A stretch of DNA of 28,416 nucleotides from a virus. Taxonomy: Duplodnaviria > Heunggongvirae > Uroviricota > Caudoviricetes. The notes under the pieces were generated by a model. The model had not been told where the DNA came from, ran no database searches, and saw only the letters and a program-made list of their open reading frames with translations. Positions 1 through 8,321 of this stretch are shown here, piece after piece. How positions within the stretch are numbered: the first letter of the stretch is position 1; each line of letters starts with the position of its first letter. Both the position numbers and the translations under genes were made by a program. Location: the IMG/VR virus record IMGVR_UViG_3300045988_053559, positions 1 through 28,416 of that record, one strand, 5' to 3'.

Positions 1-48
1 CGAGATGCTCAGGAGTCTCGTGGGCTCGGAGATGTGTATAAGAGACAG
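1..48. other. Illumina Nextera library adapter (P7 tail CGAGAT, 8-nt index-like GCTCAGGA, GTCTCGTGGGCTCGG, Tn5 mosaic end AGATGTGTATAAGAGACAG); technical artefact
   Basis: Exact adapter and mosaic-end string read at positions 15-48, preceded by an index-like octamer; the reverse complement sits at the other contig end. Confidence 0.9.
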
Positions 49-1744
49 TCGTTGCCCAGGCCAGATCGGCGTGGCTGGCTTCTTCGCTGCGGCTGGCTTC
101 ATAGGTCGGGCGGTTGCCGCTGGCGGTGGTGGCGCGACGGATTGCCATGAATGACTGCGCAATGTCGATGTGCCCGGCGTCAAACTCCAGACGGCGGTGG
201 CTGATAATGTCGTAGGCCTTGAGTACCAGGGCGTTTTTAACATTGGGGTTGTAGACAAACTCCCGGACGGCAGGAAAGAATGCTTTCACGTTCTCATAAA
301 CCCCGTGACCAACGCCGGTTGAGTCGATACCGATATAGGTCACGTTGTACTGTTCGGTGAGTTTTTTGATGGCGTCAGCCTGGGCGCGGAAGTCCATCCC
401 GCGCCACTGGTGACGCTCAAGAATGCGGAACTTACCACCCGGCACGGCTGGCGGAGCCACCACCACGCATCCGGCACTGTCGCCGTTCTGCGTACCTTTT
501 GCCGGGTCATAACCGATCCACACTTCGCGCCAGCCAAACGGGCGCAGGGCCAGTGCATGAAAGTCGGTCCAGACTTCCCAGCTGTCCACCATGCACGCCT
601 GCAGTTCGCTGAGCGGGAACACGGACGCGAGATCGTCCACGAACTCGCACATCAGCAGGTTCTGGTATTCGTCCGGGCTGTACTCCATGCGTAGCTGGTC
701 GAGGTCGAACAGGTTACAGCCGCCGCGCACCGCATCTTCCACGGTGACTATCTGGCGGTATTGCCCGTCTGCGCACAGCAGGCCGGGGGCCAGATTGCTG
801 TGGGACAGGTCGATGTCCACCTTGTCAGCTTTGTTGCGTCCACGGTTGAACAGCGCACCGGACCAGAACGGATAAGCACTGTGGGTCAGGCTGGATGGCG
901 TGGAAAAATAGGTTTGTCGCCATTTTTTGTGAATAGCCATCCCGGAAGCCACTTTGCGCAGCTCCTGGAATTTCGGTATCCAGAAATATTCATCCAGATA
1001 CAGGTTGCCGTGATAACTCTGGGCCGTGCGGGCATTGGTGCCGAGGAAGTAAAGCGTGGCTCCGTTAGGAAGCACCATCGGATCGCCTTTTAGCTCCACC
1101 TCGACTTCTTTGGCGAAGTCGATGATGTATTGTTTAAAGACGTGGGCCTGAGCCTTACTGGCAGAAAGGAAAATCTGGTTACGTCCGGTAAGCAGGGCGT
1201 CAATCAGGGCTTCACGGGCAAAATAGAAGGTCGCGCCGATCTGGCGTGACTTCAGCAGGTTGCGGATGCGGTTGGTTTTTCCGGCTTCCCACCAGTGGCG
1301 CTGGTAGTTGAACATGGAGGAATGGAAGATTTCTTCCAGCTTCTCAATCTGTTCATCAGTGAAAACGTTCTTTTCCGGCTGACGACGCGGGCCTTTGTTG
1401 CGGTTGGCGACGTTAGGGTTTAAGTCGGCTTCGTTGCCGCCATTGTTAAACTTGCCGATCCGCGCGTGGCGCTCAGACTGGCGCGCCAGCAGGTCAATCT
1501 CTTTGAAATCTTTCCCTTCTTTGTGCTCCTTCATGATGAGCTGGCAGTAGCGTGCGGCGGTGGTGAGCTGCATCTGATCCAGCGGCCCATAGTCACCCCA
1601 CTTGTCGCGTTTTTTCCAGCTGTGAACGGTTGCAACTTTCTCGCCCAGCATTTCAGCAATGCGGGCTACGCGGTATCCCTGAAAGTACAGCAGCATGGCC
1701 TGCCGACGGGGATCGAGATCTGCGGGTGTCAGTGTGGTGTTCAT
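49..1744 (-). CDS. P: Terminase large (ATPase) subunit, P2 gpP-like; 3' end truncated by the contig/adapter boundary
   Basis: Minus-strand ATG at 1744..1742, open frame to the adapter with no stop (hence absent from the ORF track). Translation MNTTLTPADLDPRRQAMLLYFQGYRVARIAEMLG... Divergent from O as in P2. Confidence 0.8.
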
Positions 1745-1790
1745 GGCACAAACCTACAGCCTTGAATGAAGGCTTTCCCCGCCTGCGGTT

Positions 1791-1808
1791 TGTGTGGTTG
1801 TCGGTACA
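1791..1808. promoter_or_regulatory. TGT-N12-ACA dyad in the P/O divergent intergenic region; candidate Ogr-type late-activator site for the P2-like late promoters
   Basis: tgtgtggttgtcggtaca fits the P2 late-promoter dyad; centre lies 87 bp before the O ATG and 55 bp before the P ATG. Confidence 0.4.
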
Positions 1809-1886
1809 AATACCGCGCATTGTTTCACTGCCCCCATCACCGCAACCATAAGGCTCCAGTAAGTTTTTTCTAACGGAGCACGGCTC

Positions 1887-2720
1887 ATGACAGTGAAAGC
1901 AAAGCGTTTTCGCATCGGGGTGGAAGGTGCCACTACCGACGGACGTGAAATCCAGCGTGAATGGCTGGAACAGATGGCAGCCAGCTACAACCCGGCGGTG
2001 TATACCGCGCTGATTAACCTTGAGCACATTAAGTCTTATCTGCCGGACAGCACCTTTAACCGCTACGGCAAGGTGACGGCGCTGTTTGCTGAAGAAATCA
2101 CGGAAGGTCCGCTGGCGGGCAAGATGGCGCTGTATGCCGACGTTGAGCCAACGGAGTCCCTGGTGGAGCTGGTGAAAAAAGGCCAGAAATTATTCACATC
2201 TATGGAAGTCAGCCCGAAGTTTGCTGATACGGGCAAAGCCTACCTGGTCGGCCTGGCGGCCACTGATGACCCTGCCAGTCTGGGCACTGAAATGCTGACA
2301 TTCAGCGCCAGTGCAGCCCATAACCCGCTGGCAAACCGCAAGCAGAATCCCGCCAATCTTTTTACCGCTGCAGAGGAAACGGTGATCGAACTGGAAGAAA
2401 TCCAGGAGGACAAGCCGTCCCTGTTTGCCCGTGTCACGGCGCTGTTTACCAAAAAAGAGCAGTCCGATGACGCCCGGTTCTCTGATGTGCATAAGGCCGT
2501 GGAGCTGGTCGCCACTGAGCAGCAGAACCTGAGCGCACGCACCGAAAAATCCCTGTCTGAGCAGGAAGAACGCCTGTCTGAGCTGGAGACTGCTCTGCAG
2601 GAGCAGCAAACCGCCTTTAACGAACTGGTGAATAAGCTGAGTCATGAAGACAGCCGCCAGGACTACCGCCAGCGTGCAACAGGCGGTAACGCCCCCGCTG
2701 ACACTCTGACCAATTGCTGA
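1887..2720 (+). CDS. O: Capsid scaffolding protein, P2 gpO-like
   Basis: ORF of 277 aa starting MTVKAKRFRIGVEGATTDGREIQREWLEQMAASYNP; GGAG ribosome-binding site 9 nt upstream; position between P and N. Confidence 0.9.
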   Translation: MTVKAKRFRIGVEGATTDGREIQREWLEQMAASYNPAVYTALINLEHIKSYLPDSTFNRYGKVTALFAEEITEGPLAGKMALYADVEPTESLVELVKKGQKLFTSMEVSPKFADTGKAYLVGLAATDDPASLGTEMLTFSASAAHNPLANRKQNPANLFTAAEETVIELEEIQEDKPSLFARVTALFTKKEQSDDARFSDVHKAVELVATEQQNLSARTEKSLSEQEERLSELETALQEQQTAFNELVNKLSHEDSRQDYRQRATGGNAPADTLTNC

Positions 2721-2736
2721 TGGAGCACAAAACCTG

Positions 2737-3795
2737 ATGAAGAAGAATACCCGCTTTGCTTTTAACGCTTACCTGCAGCAACTGGCACGTCTGAACGGTG
2801 TGGCAGTTGAAGAACTGTCCAGCAAGTTCACTGTAGAGCCGTCTGTGCAGCAGACGCTGGAAGACCAGATCCAGCAGTCCGCCGCTTTCCTGACGCTGAT
2901 TAACGTCACGCCAGTGACTGAGCAGTCCGGTCAGCTGCTGGGGCTGGGTGTTGGCAGCACCATTGCCGGAACCACTGACACCACCGCGAAAGAGCGTGAA
3001 CCTGTCGATCCGACGCTGATGGTCGATGTGGAATACAAATGCGAGCAGACCAACTTTGACACGGTGCTGACCTACGCGAAGCTGGACCTGTGGGCGAAGT
3101 TTCAGGATTTCCAGGTGCGTATCCGTGACGCCATCGTGAAACGTCAGGCACTGGACCGCATCATGATCGGCTTTAACGGCGTGAAGCGTGCGAAAACCTC
3201 CAACCGTAGTGAAAACCCGCTGCTGCAGGATGTGAACAAAGGCTGGCTGCAGAAAATCCGTGAGGATGCACCGGATCACGTCATGGGCAGCACCACCACG
3301 GGCGGCGAAACCACACCGGGTGCGGTGAAAGTCGGGAAAGGTGGCGAATATGCCAACCTGGACGCTGTGGTGATGGATGCGGTCAATGAGCTTATCGACG
3401 TGGTCTACCAGGACGATGACGATCTGGTGGTGATTTGCGGTCGTGAACTGCTGTCTGACAAGTATTTCCCGCTGGTCAACAAAGAGCAGGAAAACAGTGA
3501 AAAACTGGCAGCCGATATGATCATCAGTCAGAAACGCATGGGTGGCCTGCAGGCCGTGCGTGCGCCGTTCTTCCCGCCGAATGCGCTGCTGATCACCCGT
3601 CTGGATAACCTGTCCATCTACTGGCAGGAAGATACCCGCCGCCGTTCAGTTATCGACAACCCGAAACGTGACCGGATTGAAAATTTTGAATCCGTTAACG
3701 AAGCCTATGTGGTTGAGGACTACCGCTGCGCCGCACTGGTGGAAAACATCCAGATTGGTGACTTCAGCGCCGCCGCAGCAGAAACCGGAGTGTAA
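2737..3795 (+). CDS. N: Major capsid protein, P2 gpN-like
   Basis: ORF of 352 aa, MKKNTRFAFNAYLQQLARLNGV...; follows O in P2 order. Confidence 0.9.
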   Translation: MKKNTRFAFNAYLQQLARLNGVAVEELSSKFTVEPSVQQTLEDQIQQSAAFLTLINVTPVTEQSGQLLGLGVGSTIAGTTDTTAKEREPVDPTLMVDVEYKCEQTNFDTVLTYAKLDLWAKFQDFQVRIRDAIVKRQALDRIMIGFNGVKRAKTSNRSENPLLQDVNKGWLQKIREDAPDHVMGSTTTGGETTPGAVKVGKGGEYANLDAVVMDAVNELIDVVYQDDDDLVVICGRELLSDKYFPLVNKEQENSEKLAADMIISQKRMGGLQAVRAPFFPPNALLITRLDNLSIYWQEDTRRRSVIDNPKRDRIENFESVNEAYVVEDYRCAALVENIQIGDFSAAAAETGV

Positions 3796-3798
3796 TTC

Positions 3799-4449
3799 AT
3801 GAGCCTGAGTCCCGCACGGCAGCATCGCCTGCGCGTTCAGGCTGAACAGGCCGCTCGCGAGGGTGGCAGTGTTCGCCACGCGTCGGGCTATGACCTGATG
3901 CTGCTGCAACTGGCGGAAGACCGCCGCCGTCTCAAGGGCGTTCAGTCCACGGTCAAAAAAGCGGAAATCAAGGTGGAACTGCTGCCGAAATACGCCGCCT
4001 GGGCAGAGGGTGTCCTGGCTGGCGGAGGCGCGCAACAGGATGACGTGCTGATGTACGTGATGCTGTGGCGCATTGATGCCGGAGATTATGCCGGGGCGCT
4101 GGAGATCGGGCGTCACGCCCTGCGTCATGGCTGGGTGATGCCGTTGGGTAACCGCAACGTGCAGACCGTGCTGGCAGAGGAAATGGCAGACGCAGCGCAG
4201 AGCGCAATGCTTGCCGCCACCGGCTTTGATGCTGATCTGTTGCTGCAGACGCTGGAGCTGACAGACGGTCTGGATATGCCGGACCAGTCACGGGCACGTC
4301 TGCATAAAGCGATTGGCGCTGTCCTGAGTGAAAGCAATCCGGCTTCCGCCCTTAATCATCTCAACCATGCGTTACAGCTCGATCCCCGCTGTGGCGTGAA
4401 AAAAGACAAACAGCAGCTGGAGCGCAGACTGCGCAATGACAGCCGCTGA
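3799..4449 (+). CDS. M: Terminase small/endonuclease subunit, P2 gpM-like
   Basis: ORF of 216 aa; GGAG ribosome-binding site; P2 gene order O-N-M-L. Confidence 0.8.
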   Translation: MSLSPARQHRLRVQAEQAAREGGSVRHASGYDLMLLQLAEDRRRLKGVQSTVKKAEIKVELLPKYAAWAEGVLAGGGAQQDDVLMYVMLWRIDAGDYAGALEIGRHALRHGWVMPLGNRNVQTVLAEEMADAAQSAMLAATGFDADLLLQTLELTDGLDMPDQSRARLHKAIGAVLSESNPASALNHLNHALQLDPRCGVKKDKQQLERRLRNDSR

Positions 4450-4544
4450 CAGAACGTGCCCCCGCGCACGGGCGGCACGGGGTGGCGAAAGGCACTGCCA
4501 CATCAAAATCCCGTCCACCGCCCTTTATTTCAGGAGAAAGCAGC

Positions 4545-5009
4545 ATGAAGTTTGTTGCGCCAGAACAGGCACCGGAACAGGCGGAAATCATCAGAAATAC
4601 GCCGTTCTGGCCTGATGTGGACCTGTCGGAGTTTCGCTGTGTCATGCGCACTGACGGCACGGTGACGCAGCCGCGTTTAAAGCAGGTTGCGCTGTCGGCA
4701 ATTTCGGAGGTCAACGCAGAGCTGTATGAGTTTCGCAGACGTCAGCAGATGCTGGGATATGCCTCGCTGGCAGAGGTTCCGGCGGAACAGCTGGACGGCA
4801 AAAGTGAGCGCATTCATCACTATTTCAACGCGGTTTACTGCTGGGCACGCGCCATGCTCAACGAGCGTTATCAGGACTATGACGCCACGGCATCCGGTGT
4901 GAAGCGGGGCGAGGAACTGGCGGAAGCAAGCGGTGATTTGTGGCGTGACGCCCGCTGGGCCATCAGCCGGGTGCAGGATGCGCCGCACTGCACAGTGGAG
5001 CTTATCTGA
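4545..5009 (+). CDS. L: Head completion/stabilisation protein, P2 gpL-like
   Basis: Track ORF 4482..5009; start placed at ATG 4545 (MKFVAPEQ...) because it is preceded by AGGAGA. Confidence 0.75.
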   Translation: MKFVAPEQAPEQAEIIRNTPFWPDVDLSEFRCVMRTDGTVTQPRLKQVALSAISEVNAELYEFRRRQQMLGYASLAEVPAEQLDGKSERIHHYFNAVYCWARAMLNERYQDYDATASGVKRGEELAEASGDLWRDARWAISRVQDAPHCTVELI

Positions 5010-5212
5010 TGAAAGTGCGTGCGCATCAGTATGACACGGTGGACGCGCTTTGCTGGCGTCATTACGGGCGCACGCAGGGTGTCACGGAGCAGGTACTGAA
5101 GGCAAATCCGGGGCTTGCCGAATACGGCCCCTTTTTACCTCACGGGCTGCAGGTGGAGCTGCCGGACATTCCGACCACCACCACCGTGCAGACCGTCCAG
5201 CTATGGGACTGA
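5009..5212 (+). CDS. X: Tail protein X, P2 gpX-like
   Basis: 67 aa, the same length as P2 gpX; start overlaps the L stop (TGATG). Confidence 0.8.
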   Translation: MKVRAHQYDTVDALCWRHYGRTQGVTEQVLKANPGLAEYGPFLPHGLQVELPDIPTTTTVQTVQLWD

Positions 5213-5215
5213 ATT

Positions 5216-5431
5216 ATGACGCTTGAGCGAATCAGCGCCTTTATCACGTACTGCATCGCCGTTGTGCTGGCCTGGCTGGGCGATTTGTCCATCAAGGATG
5301 CCTCAACGCTGGGCGGCCTGATGATTGGTGTACTGATGCTGGCTATCAACTGGTACTACAAACACAAAGCCTACCAGCTTCTGCGCGACGGGCAGATCTC
5401 GCGGGAGGATTATGAATCCATCAATCGTTAA
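5216..5431 (+). CDS. Class II holin, probable pinholin
   Basis: 71 aa with two hydrophobic helices (ISAFITYCIAVVLAWLG and LGGLMIGVLMLAINWYY) and a charged C-terminus; immediately upstream of and overlapping a SAR endolysin. Confidence 0.65.
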   Translation: MTLERISAFITYCIAVVLAWLGDLSIKDASTLGGLMIGVLMLAINWYYKHKAYQLLRDGQISREDYESINR

Positions 5432-5927
5432 ACGCTGCCTTGTCGGGGCCGTGCTGGCTATTGCTGCCACGCTGCCGGGTTTTCAGCAGCTTCACACCTC
5501 CGTGGAGGGACTGAAACTGATTGCCGATTACGAAGGCTGTCGTCTGCAGCCGTATCAGTGCAGCGCGGGTGTCTGGACTGACGGCATTGGTAATACGTCG
5601 GGCGTCATTCCCGGCAAAACCATTACGGAACGACAGGCAGCAGAAGGGCTTATCTCCAACGTGCTGCGTGTGGAGCGGTCACTGGAAAGGTGTGTGAAGC
5701 AACAGCCACCGCAGAAAGTGTATGACGCGGTGGTGTCATTTGCCTTCAACGTGGGGACAGGCAATGCCTGCAGCTCCACGCTGGTGAAATTGCTCAATCA
5801 GCGGCGCTGGGCGGATGCGTGCCGACAGTTGCCGCGCTGGGTGTATGTAAAAGGTGTGTTTAATCAGGGGCTGGATAACCGCCGAGCGCGGGAGATGGCC
5901 TGGTGCCTTAAAGGAGCTGGACTATGA
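5412..5927 (+). CDS. SAR endolysin, phage 21 R-like lysozyme (GH24)
   Basis: 171 aa; N-terminal signal-anchor-release helix CLVGAVLAIAATLPGF; EG...GVWT..G.G.T and SFAFNVGTGN motifs as in R21; GGGAGGA ribosome-binding site. Confidence 0.85.
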   Translation: MNPSIVKRCLVGAVLAIAATLPGFQQLHTSVEGLKLIADYEGCRLQPYQCSAGVWTDGIGNTSGVIPGKTITERQAAEGLISNVLRVERSLERCVKQQPPQKVYDAVVSFAFNVGTGNACSSTLVKLLNQRRWADACRQLPRWVYVKGVFNQGLDNRRAREMAWCLKGAGL

Positions 5928-6352
5928 CACGTGCGCTGGCGGTAGTGGCGGCGCTGGCACTCGTTGCGCTGGGCTGGCAGTCGTGGCGGCTTAACAGCGC
6001 CAGCCATACCATCGAAACGCAGCGCGCGGCGCTGAAAAGTAAAGCGCAGGAACTGACGAAGAAAAACAGCCAGCTGATCAGTCTGTCCATTCTGGCTGAA
6101 ACCAACAACCGGGAGCAGGCGCGGCTCTACGCCGAAGCAGAACAGACCAGTGCACTGCTGAGACAACGACAACATCGGATTGAGGAACTGAAACGTGAGA
6201 ACGAGGATTTACGCCGCTGGGCTGATACTCCTTTGCCTGCTGACATTATCCGGCTGCGGGAACGTCCGGCACTCACCGGAGGTGCAGCTTACCGTCAGTG
6301 GGTGTCCGCGAGTGACGCCGTGTCGGCTGGATCAGGCAGCGCCGCGCACTAA
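5924..6352 (+). CDS. lysB: i-spanin, LysB/Rz-like
   Basis: 142 aa; N-terminal transmembrane helix (ALAVVAALALVALGW) then a charged coiled-coil-like region; ATGA overlap with the endolysin stop. Confidence 0.7.
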   Translation: MTRALAVVAALALVALGWQSWRLNSASHTIETQRAALKSKAQELTKKNSQLISLSILAETNNREQARLYAEAEQTSALLRQRQHRIEELKRENEDLRRWADTPLPADIIRLRERPALTGGAAYRQWVSASDAVSAGSGSAAH

Positions 6353-6485
6353 CGGTGATCTGAACGCATTGCTGGATGAAACGGAGGTCGCCTGGGCGGT
6401 CTGTGCAGACAAAGTGGACATGATTATTGCGTGTCAGGAGCGAAACAGTGAACAAACCACAATCCCTGCGCCACGCCCTCAATAA
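6195..6485 (+). CDS. lysC: o-spanin lipoprotein, LysC/Rz1-like, starting inside lysB in another frame
   Basis: GTG start; signal peptide with lipobox LTLSGC; overlaps the 3' part of lysB and extends past it. Confidence 0.65.
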   Translation: MRTRIYAAGLILLCLLTLSGCGNVRHSPEVQLTVSGCPRVTPCRLDQAAPRTNGDLNALLDETEVAWAVCADKVDMIIACQERNSEQTTIPAPRPQ

Positions 6486-6879
6486 AGCAGTGCCTTATGT
6501 CCGCAATAACCCGGACAAACTGCATCTGTTTGTGGATAACGGTTCGCTGGTTGCCACGGGGGCCAGCTCCATGTCATGGGAGTACCGCTATACCCTGAAC
6601 GTGGTGATTGAGGATTTCAGCGGCGACCAGAATCTGCTGATGGCCCCGGTTTTGCTGTGGCTGCGGGATAATCAGCCTGATGCCATCAATAACCCGGCGT
6701 TACGGGAAAAGTTATTCACCTTTGAGCTGGATATTCTGCGCAATGATGTCTGTGATATCAGCCTTAACCTGCAACTGACGGAGCGTGTGCTGGTCAGCAC
6801 TGATGGCAGTGTGTCGAGTGTTGAAACTGTAGCGGAACCCGATGAACCTGAAGAAATGTGGACGGTGAAACGTGGCTGA
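6448..6879 (+). CDS. R: Tail completion protein, P2 gpR-like
   Basis: Track ORF 6427..6879 begins at a TTG; GTG at 6448 has an AGGAG ribosome-binding site; sequence PQSLRHALNKAVPYVRNNPDKLHLFVDNGS... Confidence 0.8.
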   Translation: MNKPQSLRHALNKAVPYVRNNPDKLHLFVDNGSLVATGASSMSWEYRYTLNVVIEDFSGDQNLLMAPVLLWLRDNQPDAINNPALREKLFTFELDILRNDVCDISLNLQLTERVLVSTDGSVSSVETVAEPDEPEEMWTVKRG

Positions 6880-7318
6880 ATTGCAGAAGGTGGACGACTG
6901 GTTGAGTGCCTTGCTGGCGAATCTGGAGCCAGCCGCAAGAAGCCGTATGATGCGCCAGTTGGCGCAGGAACTGCGCCGGACACAGCAGCAGAACATCAGG
7001 ATGCAGCGCAATCCAGATGGCAGCAGTTATGAGCCGCGCAGAGTAACAGCACGCAGCAAAAAGGGGCGCATCAAACGTCAGATGTTTACAAAGCTGCGCA
7101 CCACAAAATACCTGAAAACTGCCGCCAGCGCCGACTCTGCCAGCGTGCAGTTTGAAGGTAAGGTGCAGCGCATTGCCCGTGTTCACCATTACGGCTTGCG
7201 CGATCGCGTCAGTCGCAAAGGACCTGAGGTCCGTTACGCAGAGCGTCGCCTTCTGGGTGTAAATGATGATGTTGAGGCAATGACCCGCGACATGATTCTG
7301 CAATGGCTGGCGGGGTGA
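6872..7318 (+). CDS. S: Tail completion protein, P2 gpS-like
   Basis: 148 aa; GTG start overlapping the R stop; P2 order R-S. Confidence 0.8.
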   Translation: MAELQKVDDWLSALLANLEPAARSRMMRQLAQELRRTQQQNIRMQRNPDGSSYEPRRVTARSKKGRIKRQMFTKLRTTKYLKTAASADSASVQFEGKVQRIARVHHYGLRDRVSRKGPEVRYAERRLLGVNDDVEAMTRDMILQWLAG

Positions 7319-7322
7319 TCTT

Positions 7323-7340
7323 TGTATCAGCACTGATACA
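7323..7340. promoter_or_regulatory. TGT-N12-ACA dyad between S and V; candidate late-activator site of a P2 P_V-type promoter
   Basis: tgtatcagcactgataca, with extended 9-bp arms ttgtatcag / ctgatacaa; sits in the 68-bp S-V gap where P2 has its V promoter. Confidence 0.45.
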
Positions 7341-7386
7341 AGTTGCAGCACTGCCGCCTTTCTTCCCCTGATGGCAACCTTTCCCT

Positions 7387-7965
7387 ATGAACGCACAATT
7401 AACCGAAATCATGCGCCTTATCACCAACCTGATCCGCACAGGTGTAGTCACCGAAGTGGACAGGGCAAACTGGCTGTGTCGGGTGAAAACTGGCGACCTC
7501 GAAACCAACTGGATTAACTGGCTGACACTGCGCGCGGGCAAATCGCGCACCTGGTGGAAACCGTCTGTGGGTGAGCAGGTTGTGCTGTTCAGCCTTGGCG
7601 GCAATCTGGAAACCGCGTTTGCCCTGCCTGCGGTCTACTCAAACCAGTTTCCGCCACCTTCAGGCTCTGAGGACGGCAACGTGACGGAATACCCGGACGG
7701 CGGCTGGTTTGAATACGAACCCGCCACCGGGCGCTGGTATGTTAGGGGCATCAAATCAATGGTCATTGAGGCCGCTGACAATATCACCCTGAAAACCAGT
7801 GAGTTTGTGCTGGAGGCTGACCGCACGCGTATTAACAGCGAAGTGGTGATCAATGGTGGCGTTACCCAGGGCGGCGGAGCGATGAGCTCTAACGGGATTG
7901 TGGTTGATGCGCATCAGCATACTGGCGTCCTGAAAGGCGGCGATACAACCGGAGGCCCGGTATGA
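7387..7965 (+). CDS. V: Baseplate assembly/spike protein, P2 gpV-like
   Basis: 192 aa, MNAQLTEIMRLITNLIRTGVVTEVD... Confidence 0.85.
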   Translation: MNAQLTEIMRLITNLIRTGVVTEVDRANWLCRVKTGDLETNWINWLTLRAGKSRTWWKPSVGEQVVLFSLGGNLETAFALPAVYSNQFPPPSGSEDGNVTEYPDGGWFEYEPATGRWYVRGIKSMVIEAADNITLKTSEFVLEADRTRINSEVVINGGVTQGGGAMSSNGIVVDAHQHTGVLKGGDTTGGPV

Positions 7966-8321
7966 CGCTTTATAGCGGGATGAACAATACCAGCGGCAAA
8001 GTCATTACTGATATTGATCATCTGCGCCAGTCGGTGCGGGACATTCTGCTGACACCGCAGGGTAGCCGCATTGCCCGCCGGGAATATGGATCCCTCCTGT
8101 CGGTTTTAATAGATCAGCCACAAAATCCGGCATTACGCCTGCAGGTCATGTCGGCAGTGTATGTGGCGCTGAGTCGCTGGGAGCCACGGCTGACGCTGGA
8201 TTCCATTACCATCAACAGCAACTTTGACGGTTCTATGGTGGTGGAGCTGACCGGGCGGCGGAATAACGGTGTGCCTGTGTCCCTTTCCGTATCAACAGGA
8301 GCAGAGAATGGCAGTGATTGA
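7962..8321 (+). CDS. W: Baseplate protein, P2 gpW-like (gp25/GPW family)
   Basis: 119 aa; start overlaps the V stop. Confidence 0.85.
   Translation: MTLYSGMNNTSGKVITDIDHLRQSVRDILLTPQGSRIARREYGSLLSVLIDQPQNPALRLQVMSAVYVALSRWEPRLTLDSITINSNFDGSMVVELTGRRNNGVPVSLSVSTGAENGSD

Noticed and set aside
30-48. Tn5 mosaic-end sequences at both contig ends as evidence of a real Tn5 or IS50 insertion
   Set aside because: They are flanked by the Illumina adapter arm (GTCTCGTGGGCTCGG) and a P7/index-like stretch, there is no transposase gene, and they sit exactly at the contig termini: library adapter, not biology.
1653-2027. 124-aa minus-strand ORF spanning the P/O divergent promoter region
   Set aside because: It crosses an intergenic control region and overlaps the 5' ends of both P and O; incompatible with the divergent gene arrangement.
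2617-3279. 220-aa minus-strand ORF inside the major capsid gene N
   Set aside because: Antisense to a well-supported gene, no ribosome-binding site and no recognisable motif; typical spurious ORF in GC-rich coding DNA.
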